DNA of 64,000 bases from Chiloscyllium plagiosum (lineage: Eukaryota). The position numbers and the translations under genes were made by a program. Within the stretch, counting starts at the first letter, position 1, and every line of letters starts with the position of its first letter. Below the pieces are notes generated by a model. The model made no database searches, was not told where the DNA came from, and was given only the letters and a program-made list of their open reading frames with translations. Below, in pieces: positions 53,268 to 64,000 of the stretch. Location of the stretch: contig NC_057721.1 of NCBI RefSeq assembly GCF_004010195.1, positions 44,153,761-44,217,760 of the forward strand, given 5' to 3'.

Positions 53268-53455
53268 GAATGATATTGAGTCGGAAAGTGCAGAACCTGC
53301 GCGGGTAGCGTTGAGGAACTCCGAAGGTAAAAAGACCCTGAAGAGAATTGTGTATAAGCTTTCTAGCAGTAGTCATGATATGGGGTAGAAAGTAAATCTG
53401 GAGACAGACAAGGCTAGTAGGAAAGGCACAATGACAAAAATCATGGGGGACTTCA
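53268..53455 (+). repeat. 188-bp inverted copy of 54466-54653 flanked by the 9-bp direct repeat agtccaagg
   Basis: Reverse-complement match with 3 mismatches by eye; direct repeats at 53260-68 and 53455-63. Confidence 0.9.
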
Positions 53456-53594
53456 GTCCAAGGTTTTCTTTTGCCTTCAGAACTTTCACCTTCCCCAGCA
53501 CCTCCTCAGTAATGGGCACTGCATCAGTTCTGCCCCTGTCTCTCTTGAAGTTCTAGTTGTGTCTTCCACTGTGAAAACTGATGGAAATTATCTA

Positions 53595-53748
53595 CACAGC
53601 AACCTCGCTTATCGGAACATCAGTTATCCAAATTTCGGATTATCCGAACAAGATCTCAAGGTCCTGTAAAAACATCCATTATCCGAACAATCAGTTATCA
53701 GAACAAAATATTCCCCGCCGTCTCATTTGGATTATCGACATTGTTCTG
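53595..53748. mobile_element. decayed Tc1/mariner-pogo (Tigger-like) MITE
   Basis: Inserted after TA (53593-94). Imperfect TIRs cacagcaacctcgcttatcggaac / atttggattatcgacattgttctg (15/24 matches). Internal ttatccgaac repeats. Confidence 0.6.
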
Positions 53749-54879
53749 AATTCAGTTTCCCCAATACTACTTTGTTCCCCGTTACTACTTCTCCAGCTTC
53801 ATTTTCGAGAGGTCCAATGTCAAATCTTGCCTCTCTCTTACCTTTTAGATATCTAAAAACACTGTTGCAATCTTTTTTTTTTGCTCACTATTTTACCATC
53901 ATATTTCATCTTCTCCCCCCTTATTGCTTTTTAGTTATTTTCTGCTGGTTTTTGAAGGCTTTCCAATCCTCTGACCTCCCATTAATCTTCATCACTGGTA
54001 TGTTTTTCTTTGGCCTTACTATTCCTAACTTGCCTTGTCAGCCATGGTTGCCTCAACCTCCCCTTGTTTGTTTCTTCTTCCTTTGGATGAATTTCTGCAG
54101 TGCCTTCCAAATTACCAGCAGAAACTGCTGTCACGGCTGCTACCACCACCTTTCCGATGAAGCTGCTCTTCCAACCAAATCTGGCCAGCTCCTCCCTCTT
54201 GTCTTTTTAGTTACCTTTTCTCAATTGTAAAACCCGGGTATATCTGATTCCACTTCTGCCTCTCAAACTGCAGGGTGAATTCTATCATTTTTAAGTTACT
54301 TCTTTCACCTAAAGATCTCTAATCAATTGTGCTTCATTACAGATCACCAAAACCAGACTTGTCTGTTTCCAAGATGAATCTACCACAAAAGAACTCATGG
54401 GCATTACATAAATTCCTTTTCTTGAAATCCGCCACCAACTTAATTTTCCCAGTCTACCTTTGTGTTGAAGTCCCCCATGATTTTTGTCATTGTGCCTTTC
54501 CTACTAGCCTTGTCTGTCTCCAAATTTACTTTCTACCCCATATCCTGACTACTGCTAGAAAGCTTATACACAATTCTCTTCAGGGTCTTTTTACCTTCGG
54601 GGTTCCTCAACGCTACCCGCGCAGGTTCTGCACTTTCCGACTCAATATCATTCATTGCTATTGATTTAATTTCATTTCTTACTAACAAGGCAACTGCACT
54701 CCCTCTGCCCATTTGCCTGTCCTTTAGATAGGACATGTACCTTTGGATATTTAGTTCCCAGCTTTGATCCCTTTGCAGCCACATCTCTGTGATATCTACA
54801 ACATTGTGACCATCAATTTCAATCTGTGCCAGAAGCTCATTTTCATCATTTTGTGTACTGTGTGCATTTAAGTACAACA

Positions 54880-55730
54880 AGTAAAGAGGGTTACCTCAGA
54901 TTACAACAGGATCTGGACCAGATGGGCCAATGGGCTGAGAAGTGGCAGATGGAGTTTAATTCAGATAAATGCGAGATGCTGCATTTTGGGAAAGCAAATC
55001 TTAGCAGGATTTATACACTTAATGGTAAGGTCCTAGGGAGTGTTGCTGAACAAAGAGACCTTGGAGTGCAGGTTCATAGCTCCTTGAAAGTGGAGTCACA
55101 GGTAGATAGGATAGTGAAGAAGGCGTTTGGTATGCTTTCCTTTATTGATGAGAGTATTGAGTACAGGTGTTGGGAGATCATGTTGAGGCTGTACAGGACA
55201 TTGGTTAGGCCACTGTTGGAATATTGTGTGCAATTCTGGTCTGCTTCTTATCGGAAAGATGTTGTGAAACTTGAAAGGGTTCAGAAAAGATTTACAAGGA
55301 TGTTGCCAGGGTTGGGAGCTGCAGGGAGAGGCTGAACAGGCTGGGGTTGTTTTCCCTGGAGCGTTGGAGGCTGGAGGGTGACCTTATAGAGGTTTACAAA
55401 ATTATGAGGGGCATGGATAGGATAAATAGGCAAAATCTTTTCCCTGGGGTCAGGGAGTCCAGAACTAGAGGGCATAGGTTTAGGGTGAGAGGGGAAAGAT
55501 ATAAAAGAGACCTAAGGGGCAACGTTTTCATGCAGAGGGTGGTATATGTATGGAATGAGCTGCCAGAGGATGTGGTGGAGGCTGGTACAATTGCAACATT
55601 TAAGAGGCATTTGGATGGGTATATGAATATGGGATATGGGCCGGGTGCTGGCAGGTGGGACTAGATTGGGTTGGGATATCTGGTTGGCATGGACGGGTTG
55701 GACCATCCATGCTGTACATCTCTATAACTC
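54880..55730 (+). mobile_element. CR1 LINE 3' fragment inserted in opposite orientation into the old CR1
   Basis: LQQDLDQMGQWAEKWQMEFNSDKCEMLHFG, LYRTLVRPLLEYCVQFW, WNELPEDVVEAG. Confidence 0.92.
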
Positions 55731-55805
55731 TTAGTCCTCTTCTCATAATTGTCCCCTTACTTGCTGTGCCTAAAGTTACATTCCTGACCCTTTTCACACT
55801 CTGTA

Positions 55806-56115
55806 GATTAGATTACCTACGGTGGAAACAGGCCCTTTGGCCCAACCAGTCCACACCAACCCTCCAAAGGGTAACCCACCCAGACCTATTTCCCCTCTGA
55901 CTAATGCACCTAACACAATGGGCAATTTAGCAAGGCTAATTCACCTAACCTGCACATCTTTGGACTGTGGGAGGAAACTGGAGCACCCAGAGGAAACGCA
56001 CGCAGACACTGGGAGAATGCACAAACTCCACACAGACAGTCGCCTCAGGCTAGAATCGAACCTGGGACCCAAGTACTGTGAGGCAGCAGTGCTAACCACA
56101 GAGCCACCGTGTCGC
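55806..56115 (-). mobile_element. HE1-like V-SINE, full length
   Basis: A/B boxes and V-domain on the minus strand; (aatct)n tail; 7-bp TSD ctctgta (55799-805, 56116-22). Confidence 0.88.
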
Positions 56116-56559
56116 CTCTGTACTACTACTCGATCTGGAAAGATTAATAACCTTTGTCACCGCCCCCACCTTTTATCTTTTTTCAAAATTTTCTATACAA
56201 CTAAACCCCATCCCCCATTATATAGTTTAAAGCCCTGTCCATACTTCGAGCTCTGTGATATGTTGGGACCAGGATCCTAGTAAAATTTAGGTAGAATCCA
56301 TTCCATTGGAACAGCTCCCTCCCTCACCAGTACTAATACCTATGTCCTATGAATTCAAACCCATTTCTCCCACACCAATTTTTGAGGCATGCATTTACCC
56401 CTTTAGTCTTGTTGACTTTGTGCCAATTTGCTCATGGCTCAGGTAGTAATTTGGAGATTATTACTTTTTAATTCTGCTTTTTAATTTAGTACCTGACTGC
56501 TCATATTCACTCAATGGAACGACTTTCCTCAAAGGATTGTAATTGCCTCCTGCAACACA

Positions 56560-56779
56560 GTGACAAAAGTGAGGACTGCAGATGCTGGAAATCAGAGTCT
56601 AGATTAGCGTGGTACTGGAAAAGCACAGCCGGTCAGGCAGCATCCGAGGAGCAGGAAAATCTTCATTTCAGGCAAAAAGCCCTTCATCATTTAAGGGCTT
56701 TTTGCCTGAAACATCGATTTTCCTGTTCCTCGGATGCTGCCTGACCTGCTGTGCTTTTCCAGCACCACTCTAATCTAGA
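56560..56779. mobile_element. fold-back PLE pLTR insertion (variant family)
   Basis: Arms gtctagattag..aaagccctt / aagggcttt..ctaatctagac; 13-bp TSD ctcctgcaacaca (56547-59, 56780-92). Confidence 0.85.
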
Positions 56780-57517
56780 CTCCTGCAACACAATGTCCAG
56801 GTACCTCTCCCCTACCTGATGTGCTGCAGTACTTGTAGCTCAGAGGCAGAGTTCCTCAAGCAACCAACACTTGACGTGGATGTGGTCACAATGAACCACA
56901 AAAGGTTCCACCAGCTTCCATATCATGTACATACAACATACTGCCGAGCCCAGCATCTCAGTTTTAATTATTTAGTTCTGAATTTGATTTTTAAAAATTT
57001 TGTACTGGTCTTTTCAATTGTAGTTTGTAATCGATTGTCAAATTCATTACTTTCACCAACCAATGAACTTACAGTTTACCTGTGATGTCACTTTTTTGTG
57101 GTGGACGCGGAGCCTGGACTTTAATTTATCCTGTTTTTAAAAAAACCTTATAAACTAAGAGGTATCAAAAGAAGCAACCAAAAACTACCTCTTCCCCTCT
57201 GCACCCACTTCACACATTGCCCCCAAATTATAAACTCACTCAGGCTGTCTCTCCTTCTGGATGTGATTTCTCCTTCCTGACCGTGTGAAGCTTACTCCTC
57301 ATAGCCCCATCCCCAAAAGAGGAGGCCACAACACATGCCAGACCATGCCAGCCAATGTAGGCAGAAGGTCAATGTCCTTTATCAAACAGCCAACGTATAC
57401 ACCATCATCTTCTCTCTGGTACCTTTCACTCCTCTGTCTCCACTACTGCGCCCACCTCCCAACTACCGGTCTTACTGTTGGCAACCTTAGGCCAGGCTGG
57501 CAGGGTCTGGTATTGCA

Positions 57518-57715
57518 TTTCCAACGCCCCTCCCCCAAGTCCCTCCACCCTACCTTTTATCTTAGCCTGCTGGACAAACTTTCCTCATTCCTGAAGAAGG
57601 GCTTATGCCCGAAAGGTTGATTCTCCTGTTCCCAGGATGCTGCCTGAACTACTGCGCTTTTCCAGCAACACATTTTCAGCTCTGATCTCCAGCATCTGCA
57701 GACCTCACTTTCTCC
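57518..57715 (+). mobile_element. PLE pLTR 3' fragment (family B), single arm
   Basis: Near-identical to 44483-44650 plus the tail; 12-bp TSD tctggtattgca (57506-17, 57716-27); hammerhead core mutated (GAAAGGTTG). Confidence 0.85.
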
Positions 57716-57899
57716 TCTGGTATTGCAGCCTTCTTTGCCATCCTGAGGAATAAGGATAGCCATCCTCTGGCCATTCTGTCCACCAGAACCTTCAGGTTCT
57801 TGCCTGCAAAATGGGGCACCAGGTTTTTCTCCTTATCTAAGGTATTAAAAGAAGTGGCCAGTAAGTTAGTTCCCAGAATCCATTGATTTAAGAAAGGTC

Positions 57900-59340
57900 C
57901 CATTAGACTGGAAAATAGTGATTATCTTTCCTTTAGACAAAAAGAGGAGACATAAAAGGACAAAATTACAAGCTAGTTAAATTAACTTCAGTCATAGGGA
58001 TTATGTTACAAGCTATTATTAAAGAAGTTACCGCAGGGCACTTAAATAAGTTCAGAGTATTGGTCAGAGTCAAAACTTTTACGTGAAAATGACATCATGT
58101 TTGACTAACCTATTAGATTTCCTCGAGGAGGCAATACATACTTTGGATAAAGGTGAACCAGTAGTATATCCAGTAGTTAGATTTCGAGAAGACATTTGGT
58201 AAGGTGCCAAGTGTTATTGTGGAAAATTAAAGCTCATTGTATCAAGGATAGCATATTTTCATGAATAGAAAATTGACTAGTTAACAGGCAGCTGCATAAT
58301 TGGATTTTTTTTTAAGATGGCAAGATATAATGAAAGGTGTGCTACAGGGATCTGTGCTGGCACCCGACTATTTACAATTTATAGAAATGACATGGTTGAA
58401 GGGATGGAAGTTATAGTTGCCAAATTTGCTGATGATGTCTAGATCGATAGGAAAGTAAGTTATGAAGAGGATAAAAAGAGGCTACAAAAAGATATGTGAT
58501 AATTTAACTCAATGGAAAAGGTTGAGGCAGATGGAATATAATATGGGAAAAGTAAAGTTATCTATTTTGTCAGGTAGATTAAACAAAAAGCATAGTATCT
58601 AAATGGTGAGAGATTGCAAAACTCTGAGCTGCAGAGGAATCTGAGTGTCCTAATGCATGAATCACAAAAGGTTAAGTCCTGCTACAGGAAGTAATTTGGA
58701 AATCCAATAGAATGATATTATTTATTAGGAATGGATTTGAATACAAAAGTAGGGAAGTTAAGTTCCATTATTCATGTTATTGGTGAGACCATATCTGGAG
58801 CACAATATTGGTCACCTTATTTAATGAAGTATATAAACGCATTGGAAGCAGTACAGAGAGGGTTTATTTGACTAATACCTGAAATGGGCAAGTTGTTTTA
58901 TGAGGTCATGTTGAACAGGCTAGGCTTACATCTAGTGGAGTTTCATAGAGTAAAAGACAATTTGATTAAAGCACATAAAATCCTGAGGGATCTTAAGACA
59001 AGGTGTGGACTGGATGTTTCCCTTCATGAGAGAATCTAGCAATACAGGTTGTTGTATAGAAATCAGGGGTTGTCCCTTTAAAATGGAGATAAAGCATTTA
59101 TTTTTCTTCTAGAGGCTTGTGACTTTTTGAAACTCTATTCCTCAAAACATGATGGAAGCTGAGTCCTTGAATATTTTTAAGAGAGGGGTAAATAGATTTT
59201 TGTCAAACAAGGGGTTGAAAGGTTATCACAGGTAGGTGGAATCATGAATGTTCAAGTTACAAACAGATCAGATGTGATCTTATTGAATAGAAAAGTAGGC
59301 TTGAATGGTTTAACTATGTTCCTTGTTCTTATGGTCATAT
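57900..59340 (+). mobile_element. very old CR1 LINE 3' portion
   Basis: Recognisable remnants: catcatgtttgactaacctattagatttc, ggtgtgctacagggatctgtgctgg, aaatttgctgatgat, ttggtgagaccatatctggag. No long ORF. Confidence 0.7.
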
Positions 59341-59949
59341 AGGGACTGCAGTGTTTCAAGAAAGCAGTGTATTCTCAAAAAGCAATTAGGATAGGCAATA
59401 AATGCTGGCCAGACTTTTCATTGCTATGTGAGATCTTGTGTGAAATTTGGCTGCTATGTTTTTCTGCCTCATAGGAATGTCTACTCTTCAGAAATGCTGC
59501 ATTAGCTGTGAAGAATTCTGGGGTAGATTCGACTATTGAAAAATGAACACAAACACAAAGTTTACTCTTTTGCCCTAATTGTTTTCTATTCCCTTAGTTC
59601 ACCACCTGTACTTTTCACTGACTAGCATAGGCTCAGCCTAGGAGAACGAGGGAATCCACATCCTGGGGATGTCTTGTAGTTGCTTGTTGTTTACATGTCC
59701 TGGAAAACAAAATAAATTCATTTGATTTAGTTGTGGCATGTCACAATCTTGGTAATTTCCACACAAATTCTTCACATTGTTCTGTCCTTGGTGATATAAA
59801 ATCAGTCTGTATGTGGCAGAGGTGACCATCGATCCATCTCTGGATATCTGTGAGTTCCCTCCATCGATATCTCCAGATGAGTGGTACAGTAAATCCTCTA
59901 TATCTGGAAAATCATGAATTGCAAATTCAATTATCCACTCCAAATAAGA

Positions 59950-60980
59950 CTGGAAACCTATGACCAGTGGTGCCACAAGAATCGGTGCTAGGTCCACTGC
60001 TTTTCGTCACTTATATAAATGAATTGGATGTGAACAGAGGAGATATGGTTTGTAAGTTTACAGATGACACCACAATTGGAAGTGTAGTGGACAGCAAAGA
60101 AGGTTACCTCAGAGTACAATGGGATGTTGATCAGATGAGCCAGTGGGCCGAGGTGAGGCAAATGAAGTTTAATTTAGATAAATGTGAGGTGCTGCATTTT
60201 GGGAAGGAAAATCAGGGCAGGAGTTATACGCTTAATGATAAGGTCCTGGGGTGTGTTGCTAAACAAAGAGACCTTGGAGTGTAGATTCATAGTTCCTTGA
60301 AAGTGGAGTCACAGATAGATAGGATAGTAAAGAAGGCGTTTGGTATGCTTTTCTTTATTGGTCAGTGCGTTGAGTACAGGTGTTGGGAGGTCATGTTGCA
60401 GCTGTACAGGAAATTGGTTAGGCCACTATGGGAATACTGTGTGCAGTTCTAGTCTCCCTGCTATGGGAAGGATGTTGTGAAACTTGAAAGAGTTCAGAAA
60501 AGACTAACAAGAATGTTTCCAGGGTTGGAGGGTTTGGGCTACAGGGAGAGGCTAAATAGGCTGGGGCTATTTTCCCTGGGGCATCGGAGGCTGAGGGGTG
60601 ACCTTATAGAGGTTTATAAAATCATGAGGGGCATAGATAGGGTGAATAGACAAGGTCTTTTCCTGAGGGTAGGGGAGTCCAAAACTAGAGGGCATAGGTT
60701 TAAGGTGAAGGGGGAAAGATTTAAAAGAAATCTAAGGAGCAACATTTTCACGCAAAGGGTGATGCGCATATGTAATGAGCTGCCAGAGGAAGTGATGGAG
60801 GCTGATATAACTACAACATTTAAAAGGATCTGATTGGGTATACGAATAGAAAGGGTTTAGAGGGATGTGGGCCAAATGATGGATAATGGCATTAGATTAA
60901 GTTGGGGTATCTGGTTGGCAGGGATGAGTTGGACCAAAAGGCATTTCCATGCTGCATATCTCTATGATTCTATGATTCTA
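59950..60980 (+). mobile_element. CR1 LINE 3' ~1 kb
   Basis: [53 protein letters not shown]; (ctatgatt)n tail. Confidence 0.92.
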
Positions 60981-61689
60981 TAACAACAGAAAATCAATAT
61001 TTGTGGGCAAAGCTCACATATCCATGCTTTTAAACTTATTTTTAATGAGTTCTGGACTTGTAAATTTCATCATTTGCGGGGGTTCTCAGGAACTGAACCA
61101 TTGTAGATACGGAGGAATGACTGTACACCAATGTCAGGTAATTCTCATATGTTAGAAAGCAATCACATTTCAGAATTGGAAAAGTTAGAACTCAGTGTTT
61201 AATGCAGCCTGCCATGATACCTGTAGGAAGCCTGCTTGAGGCCAGTGTTGTGTTACATGCCACATGGTTCTCCAGTGCAATGTGCATGAAGCTCCCTGCA
61301 TCTCCTATATGTAACAACTGGTTCCTGGTTAATTAATTCCGAATGACAATACATGATACAAGGTTTCCTCTTTTGCATCTTTTATCTACTACAGGTATTT
61401 CTCTTTGTGGACAATATTCATCCTCTTAAAAGTACAAGTTAAATACATCATTTTACATTAGGACTGAGATGAATAGCAGTGAATTAAATGAAGAAGTGAT
61501 GAAGTGCAACTGAAGACTGGGTACCATTGAAAGTTTAGTGCATGTTACACAGGAGAATGTCGAATGAAAAAGGATTGGAGCTTAAACTATAAGATATACT
61601 TAATTTAGTAAATAACCTTGCTAGGTTATTATCCATTTCCAACATCAGCTGTTTGATGCACTGCTCTGTTACCTCCAACTACAGCACAA

Positions 61690-61860
61690 AGTGACCATAG
61701 TCCCAGTCTCTCATTAGAGAGAGACAACTGTAGTGATTTAACCAATACACCTCAGATGAGAGGTGAGGTTGTGATCTCCATAGTAACACCAGCTGATACT
61801 GAACTTGAACTCATATTGTTGGCATCTCCCACCAGCCATCCAGCCAACTGAGCTAACCAT
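61690..61860 (-). mobile_element. tRNA-derived SINE, same family as 11295-11495
   Basis: ctcattagagagagac..gaacttgaactc..ccagccatccagccaactgagctaacc. Confidence 0.55.
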
Positions 61861-62050
61861 AGAGTCATATAGCACAGAAAGAGACCCTTCAGTCGATCTC
61901 ATCCATGCCAACCAGGTTTCCTAAACTAAAACTAGTCCCATTTGCCAAGATTTTATATTGGCTCATATCCCTATAAACCTCTCCTATTCATGTACCTATT
62001 CCAAATGTCTTTAAATGTTGTAACAACAGCACCTGCCTCTATCACTTTCA
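61861..62050 (-). mobile_element. CR1 3' end fragment
   Basis: agagtcatatagcacagaaagagacccttc..ctagtcccatttgcc..cctgcctctatcactt. Confidence 0.7.
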
Positions 62051-62074
62051 ATAAAACAAAAAAAACTCCAGAAG

Positions 62075-62682
62075 CCGAAGAGGCAATTGGTATGTTTGCC
62101 TCTATTTGTCAGTGCATTCAGTCTAGGATTTAGGGGTCATATTGCAGCTGTACAGGACATTGGTTAGGCCACTTTTGGAATACTGTGTGCAATTCTGGTC
62201 TCCCTGCCATATGTAGGATGGTACAAAACTTGAAAGGTTTCAGAAAAGATTTACAAGGTTGGAGGGTTTGAGCTACAGGAAGAGGCTGAATAGGTGGGGC
62301 TATTTTCACTGGAGCATTGGAGGCTGAGGGGTGACCTTATAGAGGTTTATAAAATTATGGCAGGCGTGGATACGGTAAATAGACAAGGTCTTTTCCTCAG
62401 GGTAGAGGGCATAGGTTTAGGGTGAGAGGGGAAAGATTTAAAAGTGATCTAAGGGGCAACTTTTTCACGCAGAGGGTGGTACGTCTATGGAATGAGCTGC
62501 CAGAGGATGTGGTGGAGGCTGGTACAATTGCAACATTTAAAAGGCATCTGGATGGGTATATGAATAGGAAGGGTTTAAACAAATATGGGCCAAATAGAAC
62601 TAGCTTAATTTAGGATATCTAGTTAGCATGGATGAGTTAGACCAAGGGGTCTGTTTCCATGCTGTCCATCTCTATGGCTCTA
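62075..62682 (+). mobile_element. CR1 LINE 3' fragment
   Basis: RGERFKSDLRGNFFTQRVVRLWNELPEDVVEAG; ctctatggctctat tail. Confidence 0.88.
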
Positions 62683-62689
62683 TTTGAAA

Positions 62690-62865
62690 GAACAACAGAA
62701 ATTGTTGGTGAAACCCAGCAGGTCTGGCACATCTGTGAGGAGAAAGCAGAGTTAATGTTTTGAGTCTGATTCTGATGAAAAGTCAACCGACTCTAAACAT
62801 TAACCCTGCTTTCTTCCCACAGATGTTGCCAGACCTATTGAATTTTGCCAGCAATTTCTGTTTGA
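62690..62865. mobile_element. old fold-back PLE pLTR insertion
   Basis: Arms aacagaaattgttgg..gcaggtctggcacatctgtg..gcagagttaatgttt / aaacattaaccctgc..cacagatgttgccagacct..ccagcaatttctgtt, around a decayed ctgatgaaaagtc..gactctaaac core. Confidence 0.65.
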
Positions 62866-64000
62866 GCCAAACAACTCCCCTACCTCCATCCATACCTCGA
62901 TGGCACTAGCATTGCTGGGAAATGGATCTGCAGCTCCTGACTGAAGAAAGTAGCTGTTATAACAAGCAATGAATGTGGGTGTTGCCCTTGCTCTGTTTCC
63001 ATCAGTCACCTGTACCCATAATTTCCAATTGTGCATTGTGCCTTTAGAATGGAATCATGTCAAATCACACACACTGCACAGCTCAGAAACACAAACACAG
63101 ACGTCAGAATGAACTGTTCAATTGAGTTGTGATTAGATTCAGACCCACTGAATTATCTTCAGGATTTCACCCTCGTGCTGTAAAACCGCTGATAGATTAA
63201 CATTGGGCTCAGTGGTACAACACAGCTCCTCCTGTCTATGAACATCAACTGTTAACAAATGCTCAGATTTCTAAGACAAATAAGTTATATGCATAGGTTT
63301 TGAGACTGTTTGTGTAGCAAGTTCAGATATGTCTAATATCATAATAAACTTCTTTCAAATCAGTCTTTAATCACTGTTTTTATTAAATAAACATCAATAA
63401 CCTAATAGTTTTACAGATGTAATTTGTTCTTTTTTTTAATTTTGGGAGCTCAGTCTTTCAAACACAGTATTCAGAATATCTGCAGGATTTAAGTACTGCA
63501 TGTCTCTCATCAGACTAAGCATCATTCATCAGAATAATAGCTCTATTTTTAATTGTTTCTGTAAAAGATGGAGCCCGATAAGGAAAGGTTGAATTGTTCC
63601 TCTCTTTTCCTCATCCTGGCTTGATTTGAACAAGAGTTTTAAAATGTAATAGGATTGCACTTACCAATTGAATGTTTGGATTTATGTGTACTTTTACATA
63701 ATTACGAAGAACTAGTCAGACCAGTTTTCTTGAGCTTAACAAGGGGTTAGTTTTATTACACTAAAACTCAACACAGGTGAAATTTTTAACATGAAAATAA
63801 ATCTCCATTTCCATAAACAGCAAGCGCACACTCACATTGTTCTGAGAAAGTATAAGTTAAATAGTACGGGCTATATTTGGCTTAAGTCTTATAAAAAGAT
63901 ATGAAAAGGAACAGTTCACAATAGGTGGGAAAGCAAAATTAACACTTTGAGTTCAGTAAACTTTCTTCAGAACATTTTGAAGAACAGTTCCTGAGCTCAA

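Larger units (their letters stand above)
51690..57100 (-). mobile_element. old near-full-length CR1 LINE hosting multiple nested insertions
   Basis: 3' end at 51690; RT 52890-53075 (QHGFIKDRSCLT..NFQKAFDKVP); endonuclease N-terminus 54533-54880 (LYLNAHS..DITEMWL..KDR..RGSAVALLVR). The upstream ORF1/5' region is inferred to continue through ~55730-57100. Confidence 0.75.

Noticed and set aside
2901-57715. Recurrent palindromic repeats as a possible CRISPR-like array
   Set aside because: They are dispersed, each has its own TSD, there are no regular spacers or cas genes, and the DNA is eukaryotic.
61861-62682. Oppositely oriented CR1 pieces as a twin-primed 5' inversion
   Set aside because: Both pieces contain their own 3' terminus and are noticeably diverged from each other, so two independent insertions are more likely.

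Overview
This is vertebrate genomic DNA, almost certainly from an elasmobranch (shark): AT-rich, CpG-poor, and full of HE1-type V-SINEs, a DeuSINE, CR1 LINEs and Penelope-like elements. It contains one spliced host gene on the + strand, an EWI-family immunoglobulin-superfamily receptor best matching CD101/IGSF2, with IGSF3-like as the alternative. The gene has seven phase-1/phase-1 Ig-V exons (11722-35093) and a TM/cytoplasmic exon (41125-41342), about 1008 aa in all; the signal-peptide exon could not be located. The rest is intron, 3'UTR and intergenic DNA dominated by transposon debris. The most striking non-genic signal is about ten insertions derived from Penelope-like element (PLE) terminal repeats, from several families. 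Most carry minimal hammerhead-ribozyme cores (CUGAnGA-stem II-GAAA-NUH), and seven sit between 10-15 bp target-site duplications. Several are fold-back palindromes in which only one arm has a ~33-40 nt tail, and their breakpoints cluster at the ribozyme. A Neptune-type PLE with RT/GIY-YIG remnants and a sense hammerhead lies in the candidate CD101 3'UTR. Also noted: an apparent Ig6/Ig7 exon duplication, a 188-bp locally templated inverted insertion with a 9-bp direct repeat, and a deeply nested TE cluster at 51.7-57.2 kb. Comparisons with human proteins and repeat consensuses are from memory, not database searches.
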